From an uncultured Hormoscilla sp. (GTDB lineage Bacteria > Cyanobacteriota > Cyanobacteriia > Cyanobacteriales > Desertifilaceae), in the NCBI GenBank assembly GCA_963921275.4, contig OZ001293.3:2272001-2336000 (forward strand): a DNA stretch of 64,000 nt, given 5' to 3'. The notes below the pieces were generated by a model. That model was not told the DNA's origin. It worked only from the letters and a program-made list of their open reading frames with translations, and did no database searches. This document shows positions 25,292 through 39,218 of this stretch, piece by piece. Every line of letters begins with the position of its first letter. Within the stretch, counting starts at the first letter, position 1. The translations under genes and the position numbers were made by a program.

Positions 25292-25530
25292 TGTTCCCCG
25301 GTCGCTCGATGTCTCCTGGTCGCTCGATGTTCCCCAGTCGCTCGATATCTCTTGGTCACTCGATGTCCTCCGGGAGCTCGACGTCTTCTGGGGCGAGGTA
25401 TGTCCCGGGTAGTGCGATTAGCGCTCCCGGGACATACCTCGCGCTAATTGCACTACCCAGAAGACATCGTAACCGCACAAAAGGGGGGACATCGTAGTCG
25501 CACTACCCAAGAGACATCGTAATCGCACGT
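25292..25530. repeat. Cluster of CGATGTCTCC / GAGACATCG modular repeats
   Basis: About six 18-nt units CGATGTCTCCTGGTCGCT, then three GACATCGTARYCGCAC units. Confidence 0.85.
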
Positions 25531-25657
25531 TCCCAGGCAGAGACGGTGAAACAGGATAACAGTAGACTACTCTTAACATGACCGGTTGTTCCCTAATGTT
25601 TTTGTTTTGTTTAGGGGAACGGGGTCTCGTTGTGCTTAACGCGGTCTCGTTGTGCTT

Positions 25658-25975
25658 AACGGGCACAAGTGAATATCTAACGGGCACAGGTAAATATCCA
25701 ACGGGCACAGGTGAATATCCAACGGGCACAAGTGAATATCCAACGGGCACAGGTGAATATCCAACGGGCACAAGTGAATATCCAACGGGCACAGGTGAAT
25801 ATCCAACGGGCACAGGTGAATATCCAACGGGCACAGGTGAATATCCAATGGGCACAGGTGAATATCCAACGGGCACAGGCGAATATCCAACGGGCACAGG
25901 TCACTACCTAACGCCGACTGTTTACTACCCAACGCCAACTGTTCGCTACCCAACGCCGACTGTTCACTACCCAAC
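25658..25975. repeat. 21-nt tandem repeat array
   Basis: AACGGGCACAGGTGAATATCC about 11 times, then CTACCCAACGCCGACTGTTCA about 3 times. Confidence 0.95.
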
Positions 25976-26550
25976 ACGGGAGATTAACTGTGTTGGACAC
26001 AGTTTATTTGCCTTGTCTAATCTATCATACTCACAACCTCGCTACCTTGTCAACCACCATATTCTCCCCATATTAATTTACATTTCTGATGCCCTGCTCC
26101 GACATTCTATCTGGCCGGGGCCCGGCGGTAATCCCATTTTCCCACGAACCGAAATCTTTTTAATGCCTTGCCCCGACATTCTATCTGGCCGGGCCCGGCG
26201 GCGATATCGCCTTTTCCCATGACATGAACCTACAGATCTCTGATGCTCTGCCCCGACATAACCTTGGCGATATCGCATCCCGACATGATTTTTGCCCTCC
26301 CATCGGCATTGTCGTGCTATTAAATTGCATAGGCCAAAAAGCTGAGCTCCTTGTTATCAAATGTTTTCTAAATTTTGAATGAGAAAGAAATAATTTTTAA
26401 TTGCTTACCAAGTCGGTCACTTCTGAATAATTCGAGCGTTTTTCCTAAGGGCGATCGCCGCCCCCAAAGCCTCTGTTTTTATAATAACAGCCAGTGTTTT
26501 TCTCCCGCCCCCAAACTCTTACCAATCAATTAAAATTATTTCCCAAACTC

Positions 26551-26579
26551 CTTGACATTCAGATTTTAATGCCTTAATA
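26551..26579 (+). promoter_or_regulatory. Sigma70-type promoter
   Basis: TTGACA-N17-TAATAT upstream of a decayed small ORF. Confidence 0.45.
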
Positions 26580-26602
26580 TAATCAAGGAATAGTTCCCAG
26601 GA

Positions 26603-26803
26603 ATGTGCAAATTCTCTGAATCAACCCTCCAAGAAGAACCGGTAAGGATTATCCTCATTGGGGCACCGAAAGCCGTCAAAATCGTCATAGACATGTTGTA
26701 GTACTGGCGGATTGTCTAAATTGATGAATGGACTGAAGTTAAGGGTTTCAAGGATTATAAGAAAGTGAAGATAATCGCGATTAAGATCGTATATATCTTC
26801 TAA
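26603..26803 (+). pseudogene. Decayed small cyanobacterial hypothetical protein
   Basis: EEPVRIILIGAPKAVKIVIDMLY..*IDEW, with an internal stop. Confidence 0.45.
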
Positions 26804-27106
26804 ACCTCTGGCCCTTAAAACCGAGTTTTTCAGTTCTTGAACCGGATGCTTAAATAGCTATTTTAGATGCCTCGGTAGGGAAGTTCTGGGAGTGTCTTGA
26901 TTTCGTATTTTTCGTACTGAAGAGCTATCTTTGAGAGTTGCACAAAGATGACCAGATAGCGAATTACTGTCCACAACAGGAATATGGCAATTGCGTAGAG
27001 TAACAGGTATTGCACGATCAGATCCTCTGTTTGATATGTACTTATCTTAGCACAAGAGCGCTCATCTAACAATCCGCGATCTCCATTGCTTGCCCTTTGA
27101 CGTATG

Positions 27107-29343
27107 TCACCATTGAGATGCTTCCAGATCCTGAGCTTTTTGCTCGTCGGCGTGAGCCCCCTCTTCATCTCCCAACTCACGGCAGGCCTCGCTGCGGAGC
27201 CAATAGGCTTCGGCAAAGTTTGGTTTTAGCTTGATCGCTTGACTGGCATCGGCGATCGCGCTCTCGTAGTCCTGCAACTCCATATTTACGCTCGCACGTT
27301 CGAGGTAAGCATTGGCATCCTTCGGGTTCTGCTGTATGGCTCGATCTATATCTGCGATCGCGCTCTCGTAGTCCTGCAACATCATATTTGCATGGGCACG
27401 TTCGAGGTAAGCATTGGCATCCTTCGGGTTCTGCTGTATGGCTCGATCTATATCTGCGATCGCCTCTTCGTAGTCCTGCAATATCATATTTGCGCGAGCA
27501 CGTGTAAGGTAAGCATTGGCATCCTTCGGGTTCTGTTGCAACGCTTGGTTAGCCCGATCCTCGATCGGAGCGGCGATCAAGGCATTAGCTTTGAGGTCAT
27601 CTTCCTTTGCACCCTGTTCGTCACCCATCTGACGACGAACCGCACTCCGCATCTGATAAGCTTTAGTTGAGTTGGGGTCGATCTATATGGCTAGATATAG
27701 ATCTGCGATCGCGCGATCGTAGTCCTGCAACATCCTATTTGCCTGCGCGCGTTTTAAGTAAGCACTAACATCATTAGGGTTCTGTTGCAAAGCTTGATTT
27801 GCACTCTCTATTTTCTCCTGAATGAAAGCTTGATTCGCACTCTCCCTTTGCTCATCAATGATTGTTTCAATGATTGTTCCGATAATTTTTTCTGGAAATT
27901 TTGCCGGATTTTCAATCGCAGTTATATATCTTTTCCACTGTGGAGCCATTGCCCGAATAGTTCCCGCCAAGCCTCCCAGCAAGCTTGCACAATATAGTCC
28001 TATGAGCAAAACTCGCGTCGTCCATTTGCTCCGAGCTTCTTGATGCCGCTGCAGCAGGTTTTTGGCTAGCTGATACCGCCGAGCAAAATCCTGTTTTCCA
28101 TAGCGGGACTGCTTAATTGTTTGATAGATTAAATGCAGGAGACTATCTTTGTCTACCGATGATAGCTGACGTAGTTCTTTTCGCAATTTTACATCAATTT
28201 CGGCAGTTTTGAAACCCAGGGGAATGGTCAGACCCACCCCAACGGCAATGAACAGCAGGATCGGATATTCCATTCCCAGCAATACCAACATTACCACAGC
28301 AAACAGCTTGAACATCACGTCTGTATAGGGATAGCGAGAAAACAATAGTAAGTCAGCGACTTTCTCACCATCCAATGGATAGATAGGCAGCAAGTTAAAC
28401 AAATTAATACCAATCAACATCCCGCTGGCTGCTGCTAGCCATACGGGAAATTCCGATTTCTCGTAGATGGCAATAGCAAGTCCGATGCCCATGACTAACC
28501 CTGGAAGGGGTCCGGCCAGTAGTACCCAAACCTTTTCCGTGAGAGTAGCTTCCTCCTTATGTCCTGTGGCTGCTGCGCCAAAGAACGGTATGAAGAAAAT
28601 CGACTTATCCTGATAGCCAAAGCATTTCATTGCCAGAAAATGACCGGCTTCGTGCAGAAAGATGACGCCGATAAGAATCAGCAAAAATTGCAGATGCAAA
28701 AAACTGACCCAGTCTAACAGTGAGATAAACGAGATGGCAAACAACACCAGACTTCCCACCAAGATTGGGCCTGCCATTTTTCGCTTAACATAGTCCCTTT
28801 CTAACTGCTGCATCCAAAGAAAATTCTCAACTTCAATTTCTACGGGAATGTCTACCTCAATTGTCGGATCGGTTTTAACAAGTTCCTGGCGTTCCTTATT
28901 GAGTTTTTGTAATAGGATCTTATTTTTTTCAAATTTTATTGCTTCTTTTATGACCATTAAAAAACTAGATTTAAATTTTTTTGTTCCCTTAATTTGTAAT
29001 ATTTGACGTAAATATACAAGACTATCTATGTATATTTTTTCGCATATTTCTAGAGCTTTCAAAAATGTTATTAGTGCTAGTAATACACCCCATTATTGGC
29101 GCAGATATAAACTAAACATTTCCTCAATTTGTAAGCAGCAACATCCCTTAAAGCCGAGTTTTTTCAGTTCTATAACCGGATGCTTAAATAGCTGTTTTAG
29201 ATGCCCGGGAAATTCCTTGATATCCTTGCTTTCATACTTTCCATACTGGATCGCCATCTTTGAGAATTGCCAAAATATAACTAGAAAAGCAATTACTTTT
29301 CACAACAGGAATAAGGCAATTAGGTAGAGTAACAGGTATGGCA
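27107..29343 (-). pseudogene. M50 (site-2) metalloprotease fused to TPR repeats, fragmented
   Basis: FLHEAGH, LAGP, NLFNLLPIYPLDG; 102-bp TPR repeats; break at ~27685 and a stop near 29095. Confidence 0.85.
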
Positions 29344-29389
29344 CGATCGGATCCTCTGTTTGATACTATGTACTTATCTTAGCACAAGA

Positions 29390-31238
<1,849 letters not shown>

Positions 31239-31240
31239 TG

Positions 31241-32035
31241 TCATTTTGTTTTTGTCCTTTTTTTGTTCTCATTCACCCATGATAAAGCCTCTTTAGCCGC
31301 TGCTTGTTCTGCAGCTTTGCGCGATCGGCCCTTTCCCGTCCCGTACCGCTGACCCAACAGCCAGACTTCCGCTGTAAATTGATCCTTACCATTATCCTGA
31401 GTGGGCCTAGTGCGATATTCTGGCAAAACTTTGTGGCAGGCTTGAGTCCATTCTTGCAATGCTGATTTATAGTCCAGATAGGCGGTATCGGCGATAATTT
31501 CTGCTGCTAACCTTTTGAAGTGGGGGTCTAACCAAGGTCGGATTAATTCTAGGGTGTGAGTGCTCAGGTAGAGGGCTCCTAACACCGCTTCAAAGGCATC
31601 TGCTACCCGTGATTGACGCCCCATTTCGTCTCTGGCCGCACTGCGATCGATCAGCAGATATCGCTCAAATCCATATATATCCGCTAACTGGGCCAGCACC
31701 CGATCGCTCACTAGAACTTTTCTGATCGCCGAAAACTGCCCTACAGAACAGTCGGGATAGATTTCTAATAGCAAATCAGACGCTGCCATCCGCACCACTG
31801 CATCCCCTAGGAACTCCAACTGTTCGTAGTTCGATCGCGTAGCGTGCGCGCAGCGCAATCCTGGTGAGAATGTCGGATGGGTGAGCGCCTTGTCCAGTAA
31901 AGGCCATTTCAGTTGCACCCGATCTGGCAATCCCAGTTTCTGTACTAAGCTTTCTAACTCCCGCTGTCTGCGCGGATAAACAACTTTCTCTTCTACCATC
32001 TGCTGTCCTGACTCTGATTCTATTGTACGATACAT
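31241..32035 (-). CDS. rnc: Ribonuclease III
   Basis: NYEQLEFLGDAV, ADAFEAVLGALYL, dsRBD DYKSALQEWTQ; true start may be downstream of 32035. Confidence 0.95.
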   Translation of the reverse strand: MYRTIESESGQQMVEEKVVYPRRQRELESLVQKLGLPDRVQLKWPLLDKALTHPTFSPGLRCAHATRSNYEQLEFLGDAVVRMAASDLLLEIYPDCSVGQFSAIRKVLVSDRVLAQLADIYGFERYLLIDRSAARDEMGRQSRVADAFEAVLGALYLSTHTLELIRPWLDPHFKRLAAEIIADTAYLDYKSALQEWTQACHKVLPEYRTRPTQDNGKDQFTAEVWLLGQRYGTGKGRSRKAAEQAAAKEALSWVNENKKRTKTK

Positions 32036-32578
32036 GTGGTGTCATATACCCTAGGGGTCATACACCTCAATATTTATAGGATCTCAGCAGTTCGGTAGCT
32101 AAAGCTTATGGGGAACGGGACCCCACCAGCCGGCAGGCTGCACATTGTTAGGGCGGGGCGCATTTAACTTATAAGTAGTATGAGCCCTTAAAGTCAGCGG
32201 CTGCCAGTCCGATCCAGATCCAGGATTTCGATGCTGTTGGGGTCGAACGGTGCCCATCGTCCGGGGCAGAACCCCAATCAGCAGTGCTAGGGCCTCGTCC
32301 GGTAATTGCCAGACAATGGATGGGCCAAAAAATTCTTTCAAGCTGAAAAGCAGTTTTTCCGATCGCTTGATGGGGTTTTTTTCCGATTCTGTAATTTTCT
32401 GTAGCTAGCGCATCCATTGAATCCTTATATTATAAGCCTTTTGGCGTGCTTGAGAGGTTTTGACTCGCAGAGAGCACTGGTTCCCCGATCGCTATTACCC
32501 CATTGTAGTCTGTTTCTACTGGAGAGAAAACCGCCGCACCAGGACCAACAAATTCTGCGTAGTGGGTCTTACAAACAA

Positions 32579-32680
32579 TCAGACCACTTTTTTTTTCTGT
32601 TCGCCCAGAACTAAAATCTCATCTGATGGTTGTATATAGCTGCCATTTTCCCGATCGAACTTTAGAACTTGTCTGTACAT
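32579..32680 (-). CDS. Small protein (33 aa)
   Basis: Strong SD GGAGGT before ATG; MYRQVLKFDRENGSYIQPSDEILVLGEQKKKVV. Confidence 0.6.
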   Translation of the reverse strand: MYRQVLKFDRENGSYIQPSDEILVLGEQKKKVV

Positions 32681-33077
32681 GGTTTACCTCCCTATGCTGC
32701 TATGTGCGTCGTGATTGTTAATTTTCTACTTAATTAAGCCTACATCACGGTCAGTAGCCGGCGTATTTTCAGCAGAACAACTTTACATAATCTTCTAATT
32801 CACTTACTTAATTTCATACATTTTTTAACTTTAAGCGCATATCATTCCTCTGGAATTGGGAATTTTTGCAGGTAAATACGGAGAATGCTTAAAATTATAT
32901 CAATATCTTTACTGATATAATCTCAGTTCTTCCACAGTTGGAGGTAATACCAGTTTGGCGATAGTTGCGGATATATACGGATGTCAAACAGCGCCTGCTA
33001 GATCGCATTTTGTCACATGCTCGTGGGGGCATTGGGGCGATCGCGCTAATCTCAATTGACAATATAGTGGAAAAAGG

Positions 33078-33445
33078 GAAGAGTAAGTCGTAAGCCGGGT
33101 TCTGTTGTCAAGGGCTGCGGTGCAACCCTCGATGGCGGTTATCTATCTGGGACGCCTGTTACCAGACGCCTCAAGCGGTTCTTTGCTGCGGAACTGGTAA
33201 AAGACCAACCGTGGTTCCTTCGACCTTGCACCCAACCGGGGTTTACCGAGCCAGCACCTCTCGATGCTGCTGGTGCGCTTTTACCGCACCTTTGCACCCT
33301 TACCATAAATGGCGGTATGTTTCTGTGGCACTATCCTCACGATCGCTCGCACTGGGCGTTACCCAGCAAGTTTGGTCTTTCGGGAGCCCGGACTTTCCTC
33401 AGACAGACTGCAACAGTCCATCTGCAACCGCCTCCCCTACTCTTC
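33078..33445 (-). ncRNA. rnpB: RNase P RNA (type A)
   Basis: GAGGAAAGTCCGGGCT, AGTGCCACAGAAA, ACAGAACCCGGCTTA; P1 GAAGAGTAG/TTACTCTTC. Confidence 0.97.
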
Positions 33446-33460
33446 CCTAGATCTAGTGTA

Positions 33461-34295
<835 letters not shown>

Positions 34296-34529
34296 ATCCT
34301 GGCTGAATGAATTTGTCAGTTGTGGGTGGTCAGTTGTGGGTGGTCAGTTGTGGGTGGTCAGTTGTCAGCACCGTCCCCTATAGCAGGTAATTCTGTCGAA
34401 GAAGCAAAAATACTTATACCATTTGAGAAAAGGCTGCTACTATAGAGCATGGAAATACGTCCCAGATCTGGTTTACTGTCGCAGGGATTTTTCATGTATG
34501 GTATTAGCCATAAAATATAAACTTAAACA

Positions 34530-35544
34530 GGGTGCATCTCAGTTAGGCGATGAGTATATTTACTCAGCACAAGTGGATTTACTGAGTCTGATTAGGCAAC
34601 TAATGCGCCATTCAGGTAGGCACAGCGATGCTTCAACACCTACGGTCCGCGGACGGCCCGAAAAATCGGCACATTCTCGGCTCGCCATTGTGCCCCCGGT
34701 AATTTCACCCTTAACCCAATTTGTTTCACCAGGGACTCAACCCGACCAGAGCCAATTGAGTGCCGAGCTGCCTGCCCGTTCGCGCAGCGGCCCGACGCCA
34801 GGAGGGCTAGCCTGGTAGCAGCCCTTGATTATCCTTGAAGAAAGCCACACTGCCTTGCTCATGGACATTTAAGGCTTTGTATTCTCGCCACTCACCAGGT
34901 TGACCCTCCACGGTCCGCGGACGGCCCGAAAAATCGGTACGAAGGCGAATCATGCCGCCATCCAAGCTGAGCTCCTGAATCGGTTCAGCTATCTCTACCT
35001 CAGACCAGTCCTCTCGTTGAACAAAGCGTTGGAGCGTACTGTGGGAGATGCTCACCCCAGTCAGCATCGCGAGATCTTGTACGGTCCGCGGACGGCCCGA
35101 AAAATCGGCTCTCTGGTAAGAGGCATTGGCACTGACGACCCAACAACATTTTTCCACATACGGACTCCAACGAGTTCCCGGTTTAACTTGCAGTTGTTGG
35201 GCTTGAGCAGTGGTGAGGGTTAGTTTGCCCAGGATACTGGTCAGGGTGCGCTGTTTTCCGGTGCGGCGGGAAGTCGCCGTGTTGATAAAAAAATTCCTAG
35301 TTGAGGCCAGACGTGTTCTTGGGCAAGCGCACGAACGTTTTTCTCAATGCCTTCAAGGGTGGTGAGTTCAGTGGGGTCGGCTTCCTGGTAGAGAATCGCG
35401 GCAATCGCGTCAAGATGTTGCTGGAGTTCAGCCTGCTTTTGGGAGTTCATGGGTCAAGGGTGGTCAACAGTGCCTAAATTATGTACCGTTTTGAGGGAGA
35501 CAAGCACTATGTATAATTACTCATCGCCTAACTGAGATGTACCC
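34530..35544 (-). mobile_element. ISKra4-family IS (degenerate)
   Basis: ~27-bp IRs GGGTGCATCTCAGTTAGGCGATGAGTA; 8-bp TSD CTTAAACA; ELSLDGGMIRLRT, GEWREYKA. Confidence 0.92.
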
Positions 35545-35815
35545 CTTAAACAATCCTGAGTTACTCGAACATCTAGCAAAACAAAGTCAGCCAATTCAGC
35601 AGATCTTTAACCGTGCCATAGAACTTGCGGGTAATGACGCTATCTTGAGACAGGAAACCATCGAGAATCTGCGGCTGCACAAGCAGGGAAGTTTGAGTAC
35701 GAGGGCGCTAGAAGCATCTCTCTGGGACTTAGTTAATTTTCTGGAGCGGTATAGTCAAAGAGTTTCCGGTGACTTTGCTTCTCGCTTTCGGCGTCTGCAC
35801 AGACAAAACTTCGAT
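35545..35815 (+). pseudogene. Hypothetical gene split by ISKra4 (5' part near 34496-34529)
   Basis: MVLAIKYKL joins LNNPELLEHL after removing the IS and one TSD; ends in repeats. Confidence 0.5.
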
Positions 35816-35878
35816 GTCCCCCAGAGGGGACGCGCTACATGCGCTGCGCGCACGCTTGGGAGTATACTACTGCCAAGG

Positions 35879-36260
35879 CTAAAATTGCGACCTCTGGCTT
35901 GGGAGCAGAAATTGAAAGCTGGTCCAGACTGTGGAAGTTAGGGCGATCGCACTCAGCAGCATCGGGATTATCCCATCATCTGACTCTGATTGGTAATAGG
36001 AGTGATCGCTTCTCTGACTCTCTGATAATTTCGGCATCACAGCAGTTGCGATCGTCATTATTCCCAGCAGCAATAGCAGGGGGACGGTAATGTCATAACC
36101 TGTTAATCCTAACACGCCTCCGACTGCTAGTCCTATTACTCCAGGTGCGGCAAAGATGCCAGGACCAATGGTGCGATCGTAGCATTAAATGCCAAAGTAC
36201 CCCCGCCTACATGGAAAAATGCAGAGCCAATTCCTGCTAAGATAACGGCTATAGTGCTTG
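35879..36260 (-). pseudogene. Membrane protein (MFS-like) fragment
   Basis: LAGIGSAFFHVGGG, PGIFAAPGVIGLAVGG hydrophobic stretches with frameshifts. Confidence 0.5.
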
Positions 36261-36475
36261 GTCCCCCCTGTCCCAATACCTCTCGATTAAGCATCTTATC
36301 TGTCATTGCGAAGGGGGGGTACGCAGCGATTAACTTATGCGTTCATGTTCGTTAACCCCCCCCGAAGCAATCCCCCCGCCCCGTATGAGAGGAAAAGCGC
36401 TTCGGCGTCGTCGATGAGATTGCTAGCCCTCCTGCGCTTGTTGCGAGGCACGAAGCAATCTGCCGCTGCGCTAAC

Positions 36476-37926
36476 CTATGCCTTACTCACATATTTCTTA
36501 ACAATTGTAGCAACAATCACGATTGGCAAATATGAGTCTATTGTTTTTTCAATAAAACCTATATATTATCAATAAGCCCGCCATTGAATTGGATATCTGG
36601 TGAAGAGTCAGCTCCTTTTTTGTTTGAGCACAAGTCTTTTGAGTAATTGTACCAGTTCACCACAAGAAATTCTTCTATAAAGTTGTGAACTGGCACGGTT
36701 CATTCAGTTCTACTTCCGGCGCTCAATTGTCAGATAAGGGCCGGACTATTGACGACCGTCCGGGCGAGAGAGTGAATTTACACTTATGGAGTTAAACATA
36801 CTTTTTCATATTTTGGGACAGAGACGAATCTAGAGAATCGCTTGAGCTAGAATTCAAGTATCAGCTATGTCATGCAAGCGTCGTAACCCTTGCCAAATAG
36901 TTTTCACCCCTGGTTCATTATCCCGTTTTCGTCCTAAAAAACCACCTAATTTAGCAATCCAATGAATACAAGTCTTTATTGTTGGCGTCGCCTCTAGTGG
37001 TGTCGAAGTTTTATTTATCGTGCAGTAAAGAGCTTGCTACTCATGGGTTTCTAAAATACTATCTGCTGGGGCCTCCGGGTTGTAACGAGCTTCATAAGTA
37101 AGCCACAATAATCGCCATGCCACGATTGTATAAGTGGCTAAAGCCCTTTCAATGCGATCTGCTGTTTCTAGTTGTAGTTGTTCTTTTCGACAACCACTTT
37201 TTAGGACATAATGATAACGTTCAATTAACCAACGATAGCTATACCAACGCAGGCACCACGTCATCAAAGCCAGTAATCGTCAGCGTCGTTAACAACAACC
37301 AGCTAACCCGGTCAACTCCAGAAGGTGGATGCTCTTCTTCTGCCAGAATTACTTGTATTTTAATTGGCTTTAATGATTTGTAGTGAATATGTGTTTTGGG
37401 TGGTTGAATCTCTACCGAAGTGCTACCCAGGGTTAAGGTTGCTTCGCGAGCCTTTCTCTCGGGATTTTTTGATAATTCTATCGTCACAACTCCTACGGGA
37501 GAAACTTTGTAGATAGCTGATTCTAATTTCTCTACTTCCTCTGAATCAACTGATTTTACAGAACGGTTCTAATAAGCGCGAATTAGAAGCATGCTCTGAA
37601 TTCTCAGAGCGAGGCAAGGCCAAAAAATCATAAATATCTGCCTCCCGATCCGCCACTGTCACCACTGTAACATCTGATGGTATCACTGCTTCCGTTGCCG
37701 ATAGCGAGTCCAGCCACCGCTGGCTTTCTTTATCTTTTGTTTCTATGAATCTGTCGAGAATGCTTCTTGCCAATATCAGAAATATCCCGTGCCCTGCTGA
37801 TTTAACACTCAAGGGCGGTACTCCTGTCCCACTGGTACAAAAAACCGAGTGAACTTTTAGTCCTCGACTGGTTCTACAATTCCATTTGCCCCATTCCTTT
37901 TTTACTGGGATGGTGCGTAAAATTTA
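36476..37926 (-). mobile_element. IS4-family element, 3' half
   Basis: VADREADIY, WLLLTT, YSYRWLIERYHYVLKSGC, LGGFLGRKRDNEPGVKTIWQG; IR CTATGCCTTACTCACATA at 36476. Confidence 0.9.
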
Positions 37927-38795
37927 GGGCGTGTCATCAATTAAGCCATATTACAGCTGCCGCGAGGTAGATGGCACCCAAGAAATTGCGAGCCGTTTTA
38001 TCGTAGCGTGTCGCCAGAGCCCTGTATTGCTTGAGTTTTTGGAATAGATTTTCAATTAGATGCCGCCACTTGTACATTTCTTCATCGTATTCTCTGTGTT
38101 CTGTGCGGTTACTTTTTGGAGGAATGACAGCCATCCAATCCGCCTCTTTCAGGCGCTCGAGCACACGTTGTTCCGCATCATAGGCTTTATCTGCAAGCAG
38201 CGCGCCAATCTCACCGATTTTATCCAATAGCACGTCAGCGCCTTGTAAGTCGTGGGCTTGGCCAGGGGTAAGATGAAATCCTGTGGGATTGCCTTGGGCA
38301 ATCGCAAGTGGCATGAATCTTTGTCGATAGTCCCCCTTTACTACGGCCTATGGCTTGGGTTTCGCACGTAAGGGTGTTTTTTTTTGCACCCGCACGCTCG
38401 TTGATGGGCACGCAGGATGGTGGCATCAATCGCGGCGTATTCGTTATCGGCGTCTGAGGCCAAGACATCGAATACCTGCTTCCAAACTCCCTTTTCAGAC
38501 CAACGGGTATGGCGGGTATGAACAACCCGAAAATCCCCAAAACACTCCGGTAAATCCCGCCAGGGAATGCCAGCACGATATCGATATAACACGGCAGAAC
38601 ACGAATAATCTATTGTTCTTGGCTGTAGCGCCTGGGTCACCCTCTTTACCAGGTAAAAGGTGTTCGATCCGTTCCCACTGGTCGTCTCGCAAGCCATAGC
38701 GTCTCATATCATGCCCTCTTGATTGTTATTGCTGGATAAGGACTCCATACCGTATCCATCTACTTCTGTCAAGCAATTTGATTGATGACACACCC
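37927..38795 (-). mobile_element. IS5-family element
   Basis: IRs GGGYGTGTCATCAAT; TA flanks; frameshifted transposase. Confidence 0.95.
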
Positions 38796-38798
38796 TAA

Positions 38799-39068
38799 TT
38801 ATTTTGATTCAGTCGGCAGATATTTCTCTAGCATTCGTTCCACTTGCTGCACCTTAGCACGAGGGGAAGGACGAGGCAGCTGCTGTTCCGTACCAGTATC
38901 TACAGTCAGCACAGGTACTTCATACTGATAAGCAGCAAACCAATCTTCGCGACTGGTAATGTCTCGTACTTCCAGCTGGAAGTTTATGTTTTCAATCTGT
39001 TCTAATTTTTCTTGCAGTCCAGCGCACAAATGGCAGCCCTGCTTGCTGTACAATATTAAGCGATGCAT
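38799..39068 (-). CDS. Glutaredoxin-like protein (DUF836 type)
   Basis: LILYSKQGCHLC, WFAAYQYEVPVL. Confidence 0.9.
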   Translation of the reverse strand: MHRLILYSKQGCHLCAGLQEKLEQIENINFQLEVRDITSREDWFAAYQYEVPVLTVDTGTEQQLPRPSPRAKVQQVERMLEKYLPTESK

Positions 39069-39218
39069 AGTTCGAGCATATCACTTTCGGGGGCATCTTG
39101 ATTATATAACTTGACATGGACAATAAACAGATCTTGCCATAATTAAGAAACCCAGTGTTAGCTTCACACCGGGTTTCTCTATCACTCCTGTGCTATTCCT
39201 TGTCAAGTGGGCATCACC

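Noticed and set aside
25658..25975. Possible CRISPR array (also 45178-45360, 63502-63595, 25460-25530)
   Set aside because: Units are contiguous or have linkers under 10 nt; no unique 30-40-nt spacers and no cas genes.
25418..26222. Repetitive ORFs (PVGYSPV, TGTGEYP and others)
   Set aside because: Open in most frames only because the 21-nt unit lacks stops; no protein evidence.
32099..32417. Possible frameshifted gene upstream of rnc
   Set aside because: I could not assign a family or decide the frame.
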